Shown here: piece by piece, positions 19,784 through 26,669 of the stretch
How the letters are laid out: every line of letters starts with the position of its first letter
Position numbering within the stretch: the stretch's first letter is position 1
NCBI GenBank assembly: GCA_963715405.1
Contig: OY970239.1
Location: 430,481-494,480 of the forward strand
Direction: 5' to 3'
Length of the DNA: 64,000 nucleotides
From: an uncultured bacterium
Lineage (GTDB): Bacteria; Actinomycetota; Thermoleophilia; Solirubrobacterales; 70-9
Notes under the pieces: generated by a model
Told to the model about the DNA's origin: nothing
The model's database searches: none
The model's input: only the letters and a program-made list of their open reading frames with translations
Position numbers and translations under genes: made by a program

Positions 19784-19816
19784 AATCTCGACAAAAGCTA
19801 GACAGAACCTAGACAA
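19784..19816 (+). promoter_or_regulatory. Three tandem 11-bp direct repeats, candidate CarH operator
   Basis: aatctcgacaa / aagctagacag / aacctagacaa. Each fits nAnnTnnACAn. They lie in the 120-bp divergent carH/sigma intergenic region and end 16 nt before the sigma ATG. Confidence 0.6.
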
Positions 19817-19832
19817 GTATGGAGATATCGGG

Positions 19833-20393
19833 ATGGATTCCAAGCAGGTTGGACTTCGCTGCACCGAGTCGAGCGACGAGGCCCTCTGGGCAGCGGTGCA
19901 GGAAGGCAACGAGGTTGCCTTCGAACACTTCGTCACGCGGCACCGGCCTCTCGCCCTTCGGATCGCCGGCAGAGTCTGCGGAGCCCATGCAGAGGACGCG
20001 GTGCAAGCCGCATTCCTCGCGGCTTGGCGTGGCCGCATGGCGTTCAATCCCGCCAAGGGGAGTCCCAAGGCATGGGTGATGACCGTGGTGCGCAACCGCG
20101 CCGTGGACGTCTTTCGATCGGTCTGCCGTCGTCCCGAGAGGCTCGAGGCCGACGTCGCCGACCACCAAGAGGGTTCCGTGAGGACAGACGAGCTGGTGGA
20201 ACAGCGCGAAACCGCGAGGAATCTCCGGGCGGCGATGGCGAATCTCCCCGAAAGCCAGCGCACGGTCTTGGCGTTGGGCTACTTCTCCGAGCTCAGTCAG
20301 TCGGAGATTGCGGGCACACTCGGACTACCCCTAGGGACGGTCAAGGGGCGGACCCGGCTGGGCCTCGAGAAGCTGGCCGGCGCCGCACTGTGA
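19833..20393 (+). CDS. ECF-type sigma-70 family RNA polymerase sigma factor (LitS-like position)
   Basis: From MDSKQVGLRC...; region 2 (FEHFVTRHRPLALRIA...AFLAAWR) and region 4 (QRTVLALGYFSELSQSEIAGTLGLPLGTVKGRTRLGLEKL). The upstream part of the track ORF overlaps carH in antisense. Confidence 0.85.
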   Translation: MDSKQVGLRCTESSDEALWAAVQEGNEVAFEHFVTRHRPLALRIAGRVCGAHAEDAVQAAFLAAWRGRMAFNPAKGSPKAWVMTVVRNRAVDVFRSVCRRPERLEADVADHQEGSVRTDELVEQRETARNLRAAMANLPESQRTVLALGYFSELSQSEIAGTLGLPLGTVKGRTRLGLEKLAGAAL

Positions 20394-20394
20394 C

Positions 20395-20438
20395 CGTGTG
20401 AAGCGGTACCGCGCCAGGCACGGTAAGCGTCATTCAGC
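20395..20438 (-). repeat. Partial att-like repeat, copy E (arm-proximal part only, no tRNA 3' half)
   Basis: cgtgtgaagcggtaccgcgccaggcacggtaagcgtc aligns with the anticodon-loop-to-arm part of copies A, C and D (cgtgtgaagcggtgNNNcctcaggcacggatRggcgt). Similarity begins exactly at the anticodon-loop position, right after the sigma stop codon. Confidence 0.6.
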
Positions 20439-20645
20439 GCGTTGAATGTGACCTACCCAGCGTGGGCCGGACGCTGCCCAGCGGTCGACCGCTGCGAGTT
20501 CGTCGCTCAAGTGCTCGAGCGAATCGAGGGCCGCCACGTTCTGCTCGAGCTGATGGACGCTCGAAGCCCCGATCAGCGTCGAGGTTACGCGCGGGTCGCG
20601 AAGCGTCCACGCCAGCGCCAGCTGGGCCAGGAGTGGAACTGCCGA
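20430..20645 (-). pseudogene. C-terminal remnant of an aldo/keto reductase
   Basis: The minus strand translates to LAQLALAWTLRDPRVTSTLIGASSVHQLEQNVAALDSLEHLSDELAAVDRW..., a typical AKR C-terminus. No N-terminal 250 aa and no start codon were found, and it is not in the ORF track. Confidence 0.55.
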
Positions 20646-20717
20646 GCAGGGCGGCTGGGTACGGCCGCCGGAGCTGCCCGCTAGGGGGCTGGTTATAGCA
20701 CCCGGTATGGTCGCGGA

Positions 20718-20897
20718 ATGCCGAAGACCAACACCGAGAAAGCTCGGGTCCTGATACTGATTGCGGCGTTCGTGTCGTTCCTCCTCTCCGTAAGCCTCTT
20801 CTTCCTGACCGACGACAAGACCGAGGGCATCTTCGTAGGTCTATGGGTCCCCTCGATCCTGGCTCTCGGCGCTCTGATCATTCCCCCGCGAAGGTAA
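20718..20897 (+). CDS. Small membrane protein (59 aa, below ORF-track cutoff)
   Basis: ATG..TAA frame giving MPKTNTEKARVLILIAAFVSFLLSVSLFFLTDDKTEGIFVGLWVPSILALGALIIPPRR. It has two hydrophobic helices and G/C-biased third codon positions. Confidence 0.45.
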   Translation: MPKTNTEKARVLILIAAFVSFLLSVSLFFLTDDKTEGIFVGLWVPSILALGALIIPPRR

Positions 20898-20901
20898 TGC
20901 C

Positions 20902-21063
20902 GTGACCGTTGCGATTTTCGTGTTCGGCGTCGTCGTAACCCTCTTCGTCGCGGCCGCGTGTGCGTTGATCGTCGAGGGGATCCGAATCGACAAGCAGGGG
21001 CGTGAGCAGGACGAGGCGTTGCAGAGTGCCGAGCGCGCCCCGGCGGCCCGACCAGAAATCTAG
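20902..21063 (+). CDS. Small membrane protein (53 aa, below ORF-track cutoff)
   Basis: A GTG start 5 nt after the previous stop gives VTVAIFVFGVVVTLFVAAACALIVEGIRIDKQGREQDEALQSAERAPAARPEI. One TM helix and a charged tail. Confidence 0.4.
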   Translation: MTVAIFVFGVVVTLFVAAACALIVEGIRIDKQGREQDEALQSAERAPAARPEI

Positions 21064-21103
21064 CCGGCTCGTTCAGGCTGGCTACTGGTGCCCCGCGGCG
21101 GCA

Positions 21104-21248
21104 TGGGCGCGGCGGGTTTCGAACCTGCGACCTCTCGCGTGTGAAGCGGTGCTCCCTCAGGCACGGATGGGCGTGGATTGGACAGGGCGGATGCCCTTGG
21201 ATGCCTGCGGATGCCCGTGGATGTGGCACCAGAACCGCGCGGGTGCCC
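21104..21248 (-). repeat. tRNA-Val 3'-half-derived att-like repeat, copy D (full 145-bp form)
   Basis: tRNA 3' half at 21104-21150. GGATG at 21189, 21199, 21209 and 21219 (10-bp phasing), plus GGATG at 21165 and GGATT at 21175. Hairpin GGCACC (21225-21230) / GGTGCC (21242-21247) with an 11-nt loop. Confidence 0.85.
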
Positions 21249-21278
21249 AACCACGTTGCCGCGGGGTACGATCGACGA

Positions 21279-21731
21279 ATGACCGCGCCATCGGCCGAGC
21301 TCACGCTCGAGATGCAGCGGGTTCTCGCCGGGGCCCCCTCGGCCGTGTTCGGTGCTTTCAGTGATTCGAGCATGTTGATGAGGTGGTGGGGACCTGAGGG
21401 ATTCACCACCCCGAGCCTGGAGTTCGAGCCGCGCGTCGGAGGGGGCTACCGGATCGAGATGCAGCCACCGGAGGCCGATCCGTTCTATCTGACCGGGGAG
21501 TTCCGTGAAGTCGACCCACCTGCGCGCCTCGCATACACGTTCGTGTGGGAGGATCCCGACCCCGACGACGTCGAGACCCTGGTCACCTTGTCGTTCCGGA
21601 ACCTCGGTGAGTCGACCGAGGTGGCGCTTACGCAAAGCCCGTTCAAGACCGAGGCGCGTCGTGCGCTGCACCGTGACGGTTGGACGGACAGCTTCGACAA
21701 GCTCGAGAGGCTCATCACAGGACAGGCATAG
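21279..21731 (+). CDS. SRPBCC superfamily protein (AHSA1/Aha1-like domain)
   Basis: MTAPSAELTLEMQRVLAGAPSAVFGAFSD...MRWWGPEGFTTP...GGGYRIEMQPP...LTGEFREVDPPARLAYTFVWE...GWTDSFDKLE. A TACGAT box sits 6 nt before the ATG, suggesting a leaderless mRNA. The upstream part of the track ORF lies in repeat D. Confidence 0.8.
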   Translation: MTAPSAELTLEMQRVLAGAPSAVFGAFSDSSMLMRWWGPEGFTTPSLEFEPRVGGGYRIEMQPPEADPFYLTGEFREVDPPARLAYTFVWEDPDPDDVETLVTLSFRNLGESTEVALTQSPFKTEARRALHRDGWTDSFDKLERLITGQA

Positions 21732-21777
21732 CCAGCCCGCGGGACGCGGTTCGCGGGGCGTCCCAGTTGCCGAGCCA

Positions 21778-21849
21778 TGGACGCGGCTGGTTTCGAACCA
21801 GCGACCTCTCGCGTGTGAAGCGAGCGCTCTCCCACTGAGCTACGCGTCC
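21778..21849 (-). tRNA. tRNA-Val (anticodon CAC)
   Basis: Full cloverleaf read by hand. Acceptor GGACGCG/CGCGTCC; D arm GCTC-AGTGGGA-GAGC; anticodon arm CTCGC-TTCACAC-GCGAG; variable AGGTC; T arm GCTGG-TTCGAAA-CCAGC; discriminator A. No CCA is encoded. Confidence 0.9.
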
Positions 21850-22284
21850 GGCGAAGGCGATGATATGGCAGTCCTATGCGGGTTCCCCCGATCTGCGTCT
21901 TGCCACACGGGGCCTTGAGCCGCAGGAAATGCAGGAGTTCACTGCCCATATACATCAGAAGCCGGCGAAGCTGGTGGAGGCGAGCCTCGAAGGACTCTCC
22001 GAAGTGAGATGTCGTGTGAGGTCCCTCTGAGTACTTGACGTCAATGCGAACATGTGTTCGTGGGAGGTCGACGGAAGCCCCTCGGACCCGTTCGCCCCTT
22101 CTGCACCCGCTGCGGCGGAAGCGGGAAGGCGCGATTGGCGGAGACTGACGGGCGACCTGGGCGTTGTCCTCGCTGCCGTGGGACGGGGTACGAGCCGAAG
22201 GCTCCTCCTGTGGGTTGACAAGTGCCGGCGGCTTTGGCACGATTTTCTCGTCCGGGGGGAGAATCGATCAGGAGGGGACTTACC

Positions 22285-22944
22285 TTGCTTGCGAAGCTCC
22301 GTGGTCAGCTCACATACGCGAACGTCATGGCCTCGGTCGCCGTGTTCCTGGCTCTAGGTGGAGGCGCTTACGCGCTCACCCAGATCGATCCCGATAGCGT
22401 CAAGTCGAAGCACATCGCCGCCGGCCAGGTGAAGCAGGCCGATCTGGCAAGGCCCCAGGATTGGATCGAGTTCGCAAACGAGGACTTCCTTGGGGCCGAC
22501 TCTGTCACGTGCCGCACTCCAGGCGGAGACCTCGTGATTTATGAGAATGATTGGGCGAACGACGACCCTCAGACCTTCAACACGGCGGGCTACTACCGCG
22601 ACCCTTACGGCTCGGTCCACCTGAAGGGCCGCGTGACGAGGGGCGATTGTCCTGATCCACCAGCAGTCGCGTTTGCGCAGGCGGGGTCCAGCGGCCAAGC
22701 CGCAGACGGAGACTCGATCGCCACCCTCCCGCCGGGGTACCGGCCAGCTAAGGAAAACGTGTTCGGAAAATCCATTGACGAGCGCCCGCCTGGCGGCGCG
22801 AGTACGCGGGTCAACGAGCGTGGCGATGTGCACGTCACCCCGGAAGGCGTGATCGAGGCGACCACGCCTAGCGACCGGGCTTGGGTCTCGCTCGACGGGA
22901 TTACCTTCCGCTGTGCCCCCTCGAGCCAGAACGGGTGCCCCTAA
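22285..22944 (+). CDS. Secreted or membrane-anchored hypothetical protein
   Basis: TTG start 7 nt after GGAGGGG. The N-terminus (L)LAKLRGQLTYANVMASVAVFLALGGGAYA looks like a signal/anchor. The C-terminal Cys pair suggests an extracytoplasmic location. Confidence 0.6.
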   Translation: MLAKLRGQLTYANVMASVAVFLALGGGAYALTQIDPDSVKSKHIAAGQVKQADLARPQDWIEFANEDFLGADSVTCRTPGGDLVIYENDWANDDPQTFNTAGYYRDPYGSVHLKGRVTRGDCPDPPAVAFAQAGSSGQAADGDSIATLPPGYRPAKENVFGKSIDERPPGGASTRVNERGDVHVTPEGVIEATTPSDRAWVSLDGITFRCAPSSQNGCP

Positions 22945-23046
22945 CAAAGCGAGCGCCCCAGCGATCAGACCGGGCGCTCTTCCCGGCTGAGAAGGCCGGG
23001 ATGGGTTCGCGCAAGGTAGCGCGATCCGCGAGATACTGCGCAGGCG

Positions 23047-23445
23047 ATGCCGCAGGAGAACGCAGAACTGGCCAAGCGCTTCTACGAAGCCTTCAATCGG
23101 GAAGGACTTGATGCGATCAGCGACGAGCACTTCCACGATTACGTTGTGGTCGTCGAGCCGCCAGAGATGCCGGACGCCGCCACCACGCAAGGGTTGGAAG
23201 CGGCTCGCGCCGGTCTCGCCAGGTTCGTTGACCTTTTCGAGTACGTGGGGGTAACGATTGACGGGGTTGTGGCGAAGGGCGACCGAACGTTCACCACGAT
23301 CGATGTCTTCGCTACCGGCAAGAGCGGCGTGGAAACCGAGTCCACCCGATTCGACATCGCGACCTGGCGTGACGGGCGAATGACCCGGCTGGACTTGTTC
23401 TTCACCCGCGAATTCGCGGATGCGGCGTTCGCAGATCCGGAGTAG
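23047..23445 (+). CDS. NTF2-like (SnoaL-like) family protein, copy 1
   Basis: 132 aa. MPQENAELAKRFYEAFN... is a typical SnoaL-like N-terminus. It is the first of three tandem paralogues. Confidence 0.7.
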   Translation: MPQENAELAKRFYEAFNREGLDAISDEHFHDYVVVVEPPEMPDAATTQGLEAARAGLARFVDLFEYVGVTIDGVVAKGDRTFTTIDVFATGKSGVETESTRFDIATWRDGRMTRLDLFFTREFADAAFADPE

Positions 23446-23448
23446 GCG

Positions 23449-23850
23449 ATGTCGCAGGAGAACGTGGAAGTGATGCAGACGCTTTTCGAGCGCCTCAACC
23501 GGGACGGCGTTCAACCCGAAGAGCTTTGGCACCCCGATGGGACGCTCACCAACTTTCGTGAGTCTCCGATTCCAGGCCCCTACCACGGCTACGAGGGACT
23601 TCGGAGGTGGCGCGAAGACCTCTTTGAGGTGCTCAAAGAGGGCCGATTTGACGTCGAATCCCTTACCGACGCCGATGAAACGAATGCTGTCGTCGCGAAA
23701 GTCCATCTGCGCGGACGCGCGAGGCACACCGACATTGAGGTGGACGCGCCATTTTCCATCGTTGCTTGGCTTCGGGACGGGCGTCTCTCCCGCTCTGAGT
23801 CCTTCACTGACCATGCCGAGGCCCTCGAAGCCGCTGGGCTGTCGGAGTAG
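23449..23850 (+). CDS. NTF2-like (SnoaL-like) family protein, copy 2
   Basis: 133 aa, MSQENVEVMQTLFERLN ... EALEAAGLSE. It starts 3 nt after the previous stop. Confidence 0.7.
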   Translation: MSQENVEVMQTLFERLNRDGVQPEELWHPDGTLTNFRESPIPGPYHGYEGLRRWREDLFEVLKEGRFDVESLTDADETNAVVAKVHLRGRARHTDIEVDAPFSIVAWLRDGRLSRSESFTDHAEALEAAGLSE

Positions 23851-23853
23851 GCG

Positions 23854-24261
23854 ATGTCGCAGGAGAATGTGGAGATCCTGAGCGGGGGCTTTGACGCGTT
23901 CGCCCGTGGAGACATCGACTCCGTGCTCGACCGCTTGGACCCGGACGTGGCCTGGAGCGCGGCGATCGCTCCGATGCTCGGTGTGGAGACGGTGCATGGG
24001 CGGGAAGCCATGCGCCGATTCCTGACCCACGATCTGTTCGACGGCTTCGACCAGTTCGGGGCCGAACCGCTCTCCATCGAAGACCTCGGCGGGGAATACG
24101 TCCTGGTGATGGTCCGCTATACGGGCAGGGGGCAAAGCAGCGGGATCGAGATGGATATGACGTCTGCATCGCTCTATCGGTTGCGTGATGGCAAGACCGT
24201 GACCATGCGGGACTACCCCACGAAGGCAGAAGCCCTCGAAGCCGCCGGGCTCTCGGAGTAG
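23854..24261 (+). CDS. NTF2-like (SnoaL-like) family protein, copy 3
   Basis: 135 aa, MSQENVEILSGGFDAFARGD ... EALEAAGLSE. It has the same junction sequence as copy 2. Confidence 0.7.
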   Translation: MSQENVEILSGGFDAFARGDIDSVLDRLDPDVAWSAAIAPMLGVETVHGREAMRRFLTHDLFDGFDQFGAEPLSIEDLGGEYVLVMVRYTGRGQSSGIEMDMTSASLYRLRDGKTVTMRDYPTKAEALEAAGLSE

Positions 24262-24270
24262 GTTCCTGCG

Positions 24271-24807
24271 ATGAGCACTCTCAAGCGGTTGCGATGGGCA
24301 CTCATTGTGAGCTGGTTCGGGATCGGGACACCCGGCGCACTCGCACAAGACTTGACCTTCCCCGAAGGTTCCGTTGATCCAACGACGGAGCAGTTCACGG
24401 TGCCAGTCGCCGACGAGGCACAGGCCGACGAGCTCTGTAAGGCGATTCAATCGAACCCTGAGCCCTACCCGGGCGAGGACACCGTGATCTTCGAGATTCC
24501 CAACGACACCAATTCCGATGACGTGACCTGCCATCGACTCGTCGACGACGAAGGGAACCCGGTCGCAGACGGCGGGGACGACGACGAGCTCGACCCGGCG
24601 GTCATCGTCGCGGCGGTTGGCGGGCTGGTACTTCTCGGTGCTGCTTGGGTTGCAGCGCGAGACGGGTCAAGAACCACTAAGAAGAAGAAGGTTCCTCAAA
24701 CGCCTCAAACTCCGGCCGGTTGGTATCCCGACCCTCACCAGGCAGGCAGCCAGCGCTACTGGGACGGCAGTGCTTGGACAGAGCACCGCCACTCAGCAGG
24801 ACAATGA
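24271..24807 (+). CDS. DUF2510 domain-containing membrane protein
   Basis: Signal-like N-terminus, an acidic region and a TM helix (VIVAAVGGLVLLGAAWVAA). The C-terminal GWYPDPHQAGSQRYWDGSAWTEH is the DUF2510 motif. Confidence 0.7.
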   Translation: MSTLKRLRWALIVSWFGIGTPGALAQDLTFPEGSVDPTTEQFTVPVADEAQADELCKAIQSNPEPYPGEDTVIFEIPNDTNSDDVTCHRLVDDEGNPVADGGDDDELDPAVIVAAVGGLVLLGAAWVAARDGSRTTKKKKVPQTPQTPAGWYPDPHQAGSQRYWDGSAWTEHRHSAGQ

Positions 24808-24910
24808 ATAGCTCTTGAGGTCTCTAAGCCATGAGCTTGCTCGTCGGCGTACAGTTTGAACCCCAAGCTCGACCGAGGGGGAGAGCACCCTGTCAGTTGC
24901 GCGAAAGTCA

Positions 24911-25213
24911 ATGGCTCTGGCGACGATCAGTGCGTTTGCCGGCTGGGACCGGTTTTCCGGTGACGTATCTCCCTTCCATCCGTGCGAGGCGGGCCGGACC
25001 GTGCGGCTCTACCGGGCCGGTCCACCGTCGATGGTCTTCTTCACCACGGCCGGCCCGAACGGCGTCTGGCGCTATTACCACGAGGATCCGCCGAACGGCA
25101 CCTATCAAGCAAGGGCTCGTCGCCGGGTTATCGCGGCCGGATCGGCAGAGGCAGATATTCGGCCAGATGCGCCGGTCCGCGGTTTGGCCGTCCGTCGTTC
25201 GGGTCATCCTTGA
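24911..25213 (+). CDS. Hypothetical protein (weak call)
   Basis: 100-aa ORF, the best of several overlapping frames judged by G/C third-position bias. No family was recognised. Confidence 0.3.
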   Translation: MALATISAFAGWDRFSGDVSPFHPCEAGRTVRLYRAGPPSMVFFTTAGPNGVWRYYHEDPPNGTYQARARRRVIAAGSAEADIRPDAPVRGLAVRRSGHP

Positions 25214-25216
25214 GAC

Positions 25217-25435
25217 ATGACTATTGGCACTTCGCTCTTTCTCATCGCCGTCGGCGCAATCCTCAGGTTCGCCGTGGCGGACTCGATCGACGAGGTCGAT
25301 CTCTCAACGGTCGGCCTGATCCTGATCATCGTCGGCGTCATCGGCCTGGTGCTTGGGCTTTTCCTGATGAACCGCCCGGCGCGCGGGGAGACCGTCATCA
25401 CGCGCGAGCGCGACCCGCGCGATCCACGCCTGTAA
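25217..25435 (+). CDS. Small two-TM membrane protein (DUF6458-like)
   Basis: MTIGTSLFLIAVGAILRFAV...LSTVGLILIIVGVIGLVLGLFLM followed by a charged tail. This pattern is common in small actinobacterial membrane proteins. Confidence 0.6.
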   Translation: MTIGTSLFLIAVGAILRFAVADSIDEVDLSTVGLILIIVGVIGLVLGLFLMNRPARGETVITRERDPRDPRL

Positions 25436-25461
25436 CTAGTCAAGTCAAGTAATCTTCCTGT

Positions 25462-25739
25462 CGGACCGTGCTAGGTGGGGTGCTAGCGGTGCCTTGTCAC
25501 CCGCAATCCGCTCTAGCGGGGCTGAACGCCCGCCCGAGGACCGTTGGTTCTACGGGGTCAGTACGTCGAGGGCGGCGTTGATGGTCAGGTCCCGCGCGAT
25601 GCGCGCCCGTGAAACAGGTCAGGTCCGGAAGGAAGCAGCCTTAAGCGGTAGCGAGCAAGCGACGCGGACAGGCCTGACCGGAGCCAGCCTTCAGCGAAAA
25701 CGCCCGGGAGCCGCCTTCGAAGGCGGGCCCGCACGGTCC
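25462..25739 (+). ncRNA. ffs: Signal recognition particle RNA, long (Alu-domain-containing) form
   Basis: Universal domain IV motif GGTCAGGTCCGGAAGGAAGCAGCC at 25617-25640. Terminal helix CGGACCGTGC (25462-25471) / GCACGGTCC (25731-25739). Nested pairings GCCCGCC/GGCGGGC and GGTCAGG/CCTGACC. It occupies the conserved position upstream of dnaX-ybaB-recR. Confidence 0.85.
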
Positions 25740-25759
25740 ATGCCTCTTTGAGGTTTCGC

Positions 25760-26479
25760 CTAGAGCCCGATGCCGTCAGTTTCGGGCGTGACCGGCTCGA
25801 GGTCGAGCGGGGGCACACCGCGGTACGAGAGGTCGTCCCGGTCGCGGACGTCTTCGTCACCCGTGTTTCCGTCAACCGCGGGCGCGCTTCGTGTGCCGAT
25901 GCCGCCGCCGCTGTCGCCACCGCCACCGCCGTCCCCGCCCCCGCCGTCGGATCCCCCGTCCCCGCGCTTCTCCGGGCAGCGCATCGAGTACATCTCGCGG
26001 ACTGGCTCTCCGAACTTGGACGCGCCGTGGCTGTAGGAGAGGTGGAGGTGGTGGCCGCGGCCGTGGCCCGAGTCGCCGTCATACCCGACCCAGCGGAAAG
26101 GGGCCCGGGGCGCATTCTGCCGCCGTTCGGCCCACTCCGCAAGTCGGTCGATGTCGTTCCAGTCGCCGCCCTTCGCGAAGTTCGGGACGATGTCAAGCGC
26201 AAGCCCGAGCGGATGCTCGCCGTTTGCCGAATGCACCGGGTCGGTCGAGAAGCCGTCGGTGATGAAGATCTTGTACTTGCGCTTGAGGACCTCGATGTCC
26301 CTGAGGAGACGCTTGTCGATCTTCTCGCCGGGGAAGCCGGGGATGTCCTTGAACTTGCCGCCGCCCGTCGTGTGGCAGACATTCCGGCTGAGCTCCTCGC
26401 TCCGCATCTGCGCCAGGGCCACCGGCACGGTGATGAGCAGCGCAAGTGCTGCGATGACGATGGAAGCTCTCCCCTTCAC
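25760..26479 (-). CDS. M15/LAS-family zinc metallopeptidase (VanY / D-Ala-D-Ala carboxypeptidase-like) with Gly/Asp-rich tail
   Basis: Signal peptide (V)KGRASIVIAALALLITVPVALA. HSANGEHPLGLALD (HxxxxxxD-type zinc site) and GHHLHLSY (HxH). The C-terminus is low complexity (GDGGSDGGGGDGGGGGDSGGG). The start (GTG at 26479) is uncertain. Confidence 0.7.
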   Translation of the reverse strand: MKGRASIVIAALALLITVPVALAQMRSEELSRNVCHTTGGGKFKDIPGFPGEKIDKRLLRDIEVLKRKYKIFITDGFSTDPVHSANGEHPLGLALDIVPNFAKGGDWNDIDRLAEWAERRQNAPRAPFRWVGYDGDSGHGRGHHLHLSYSHGASKFGEPVREMYSMRCPEKRGDGGSDGGGGDGGGGGDSGGGIGTRSAPAVDGNTGDEDVRDRDDLSYRGVPPLDLEPVTPETDGIGL

Positions 26480-26669
26480 ACGTCGAACATCGGAAGGAAA
26501 CTCCTTCAGCTGAAACGGTCCAGCGGGAGCGTGCAGAAGATCTTGCAGTGGCCCCCGGCCTTTCGGGACGGAATGACCAACCATGCCTCGCCGGCTACGG
26601 CGAGAGCCGGTCAGCCGCCGCGGCGGGCCTCCGCGGGTCGTTCCGGGACCTTGAATAGACTCGATCGAA

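Noticed and set aside
12966-21248. Repeat copies A-D considered as functional (or split / intron-containing) tRNA-Val genes
   Set aside because: Each copy has only the anticodon loop and 3' half. No upstream sequence can pair with the CGCGCCC acceptor strand. Only 3 bp of an anticodon stem can form. The T stem carries an A-C mismatch (two mismatches in copy A).
22215-22240. TTGACA and TGGCAC motifs upstream of the secreted-protein gene, considered as a sigma-70 or sigma-54 promoter
   Set aside because: No acceptable -10 box lies at the right spacing from TTGACA. The TGGCAC is not followed by a TTGC element at the sigma-54 spacing.
22354-24534. 726-aa minus-strand ORF, the longest ORF in this region
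   Set aside because: It lies antisense to four well-supported + strand genes (the secreted protein and three NTF2-like genes). Its translation is Arg/Gly/Pro-rich low-information sequence typical of antisense frames in GC-rich DNA.
25494-25751. 85-aa plus-strand ORF
   Set aside because: It lies entirely inside the SRP RNA gene, and the region is explained by conserved RNA helices and the domain IV motif.
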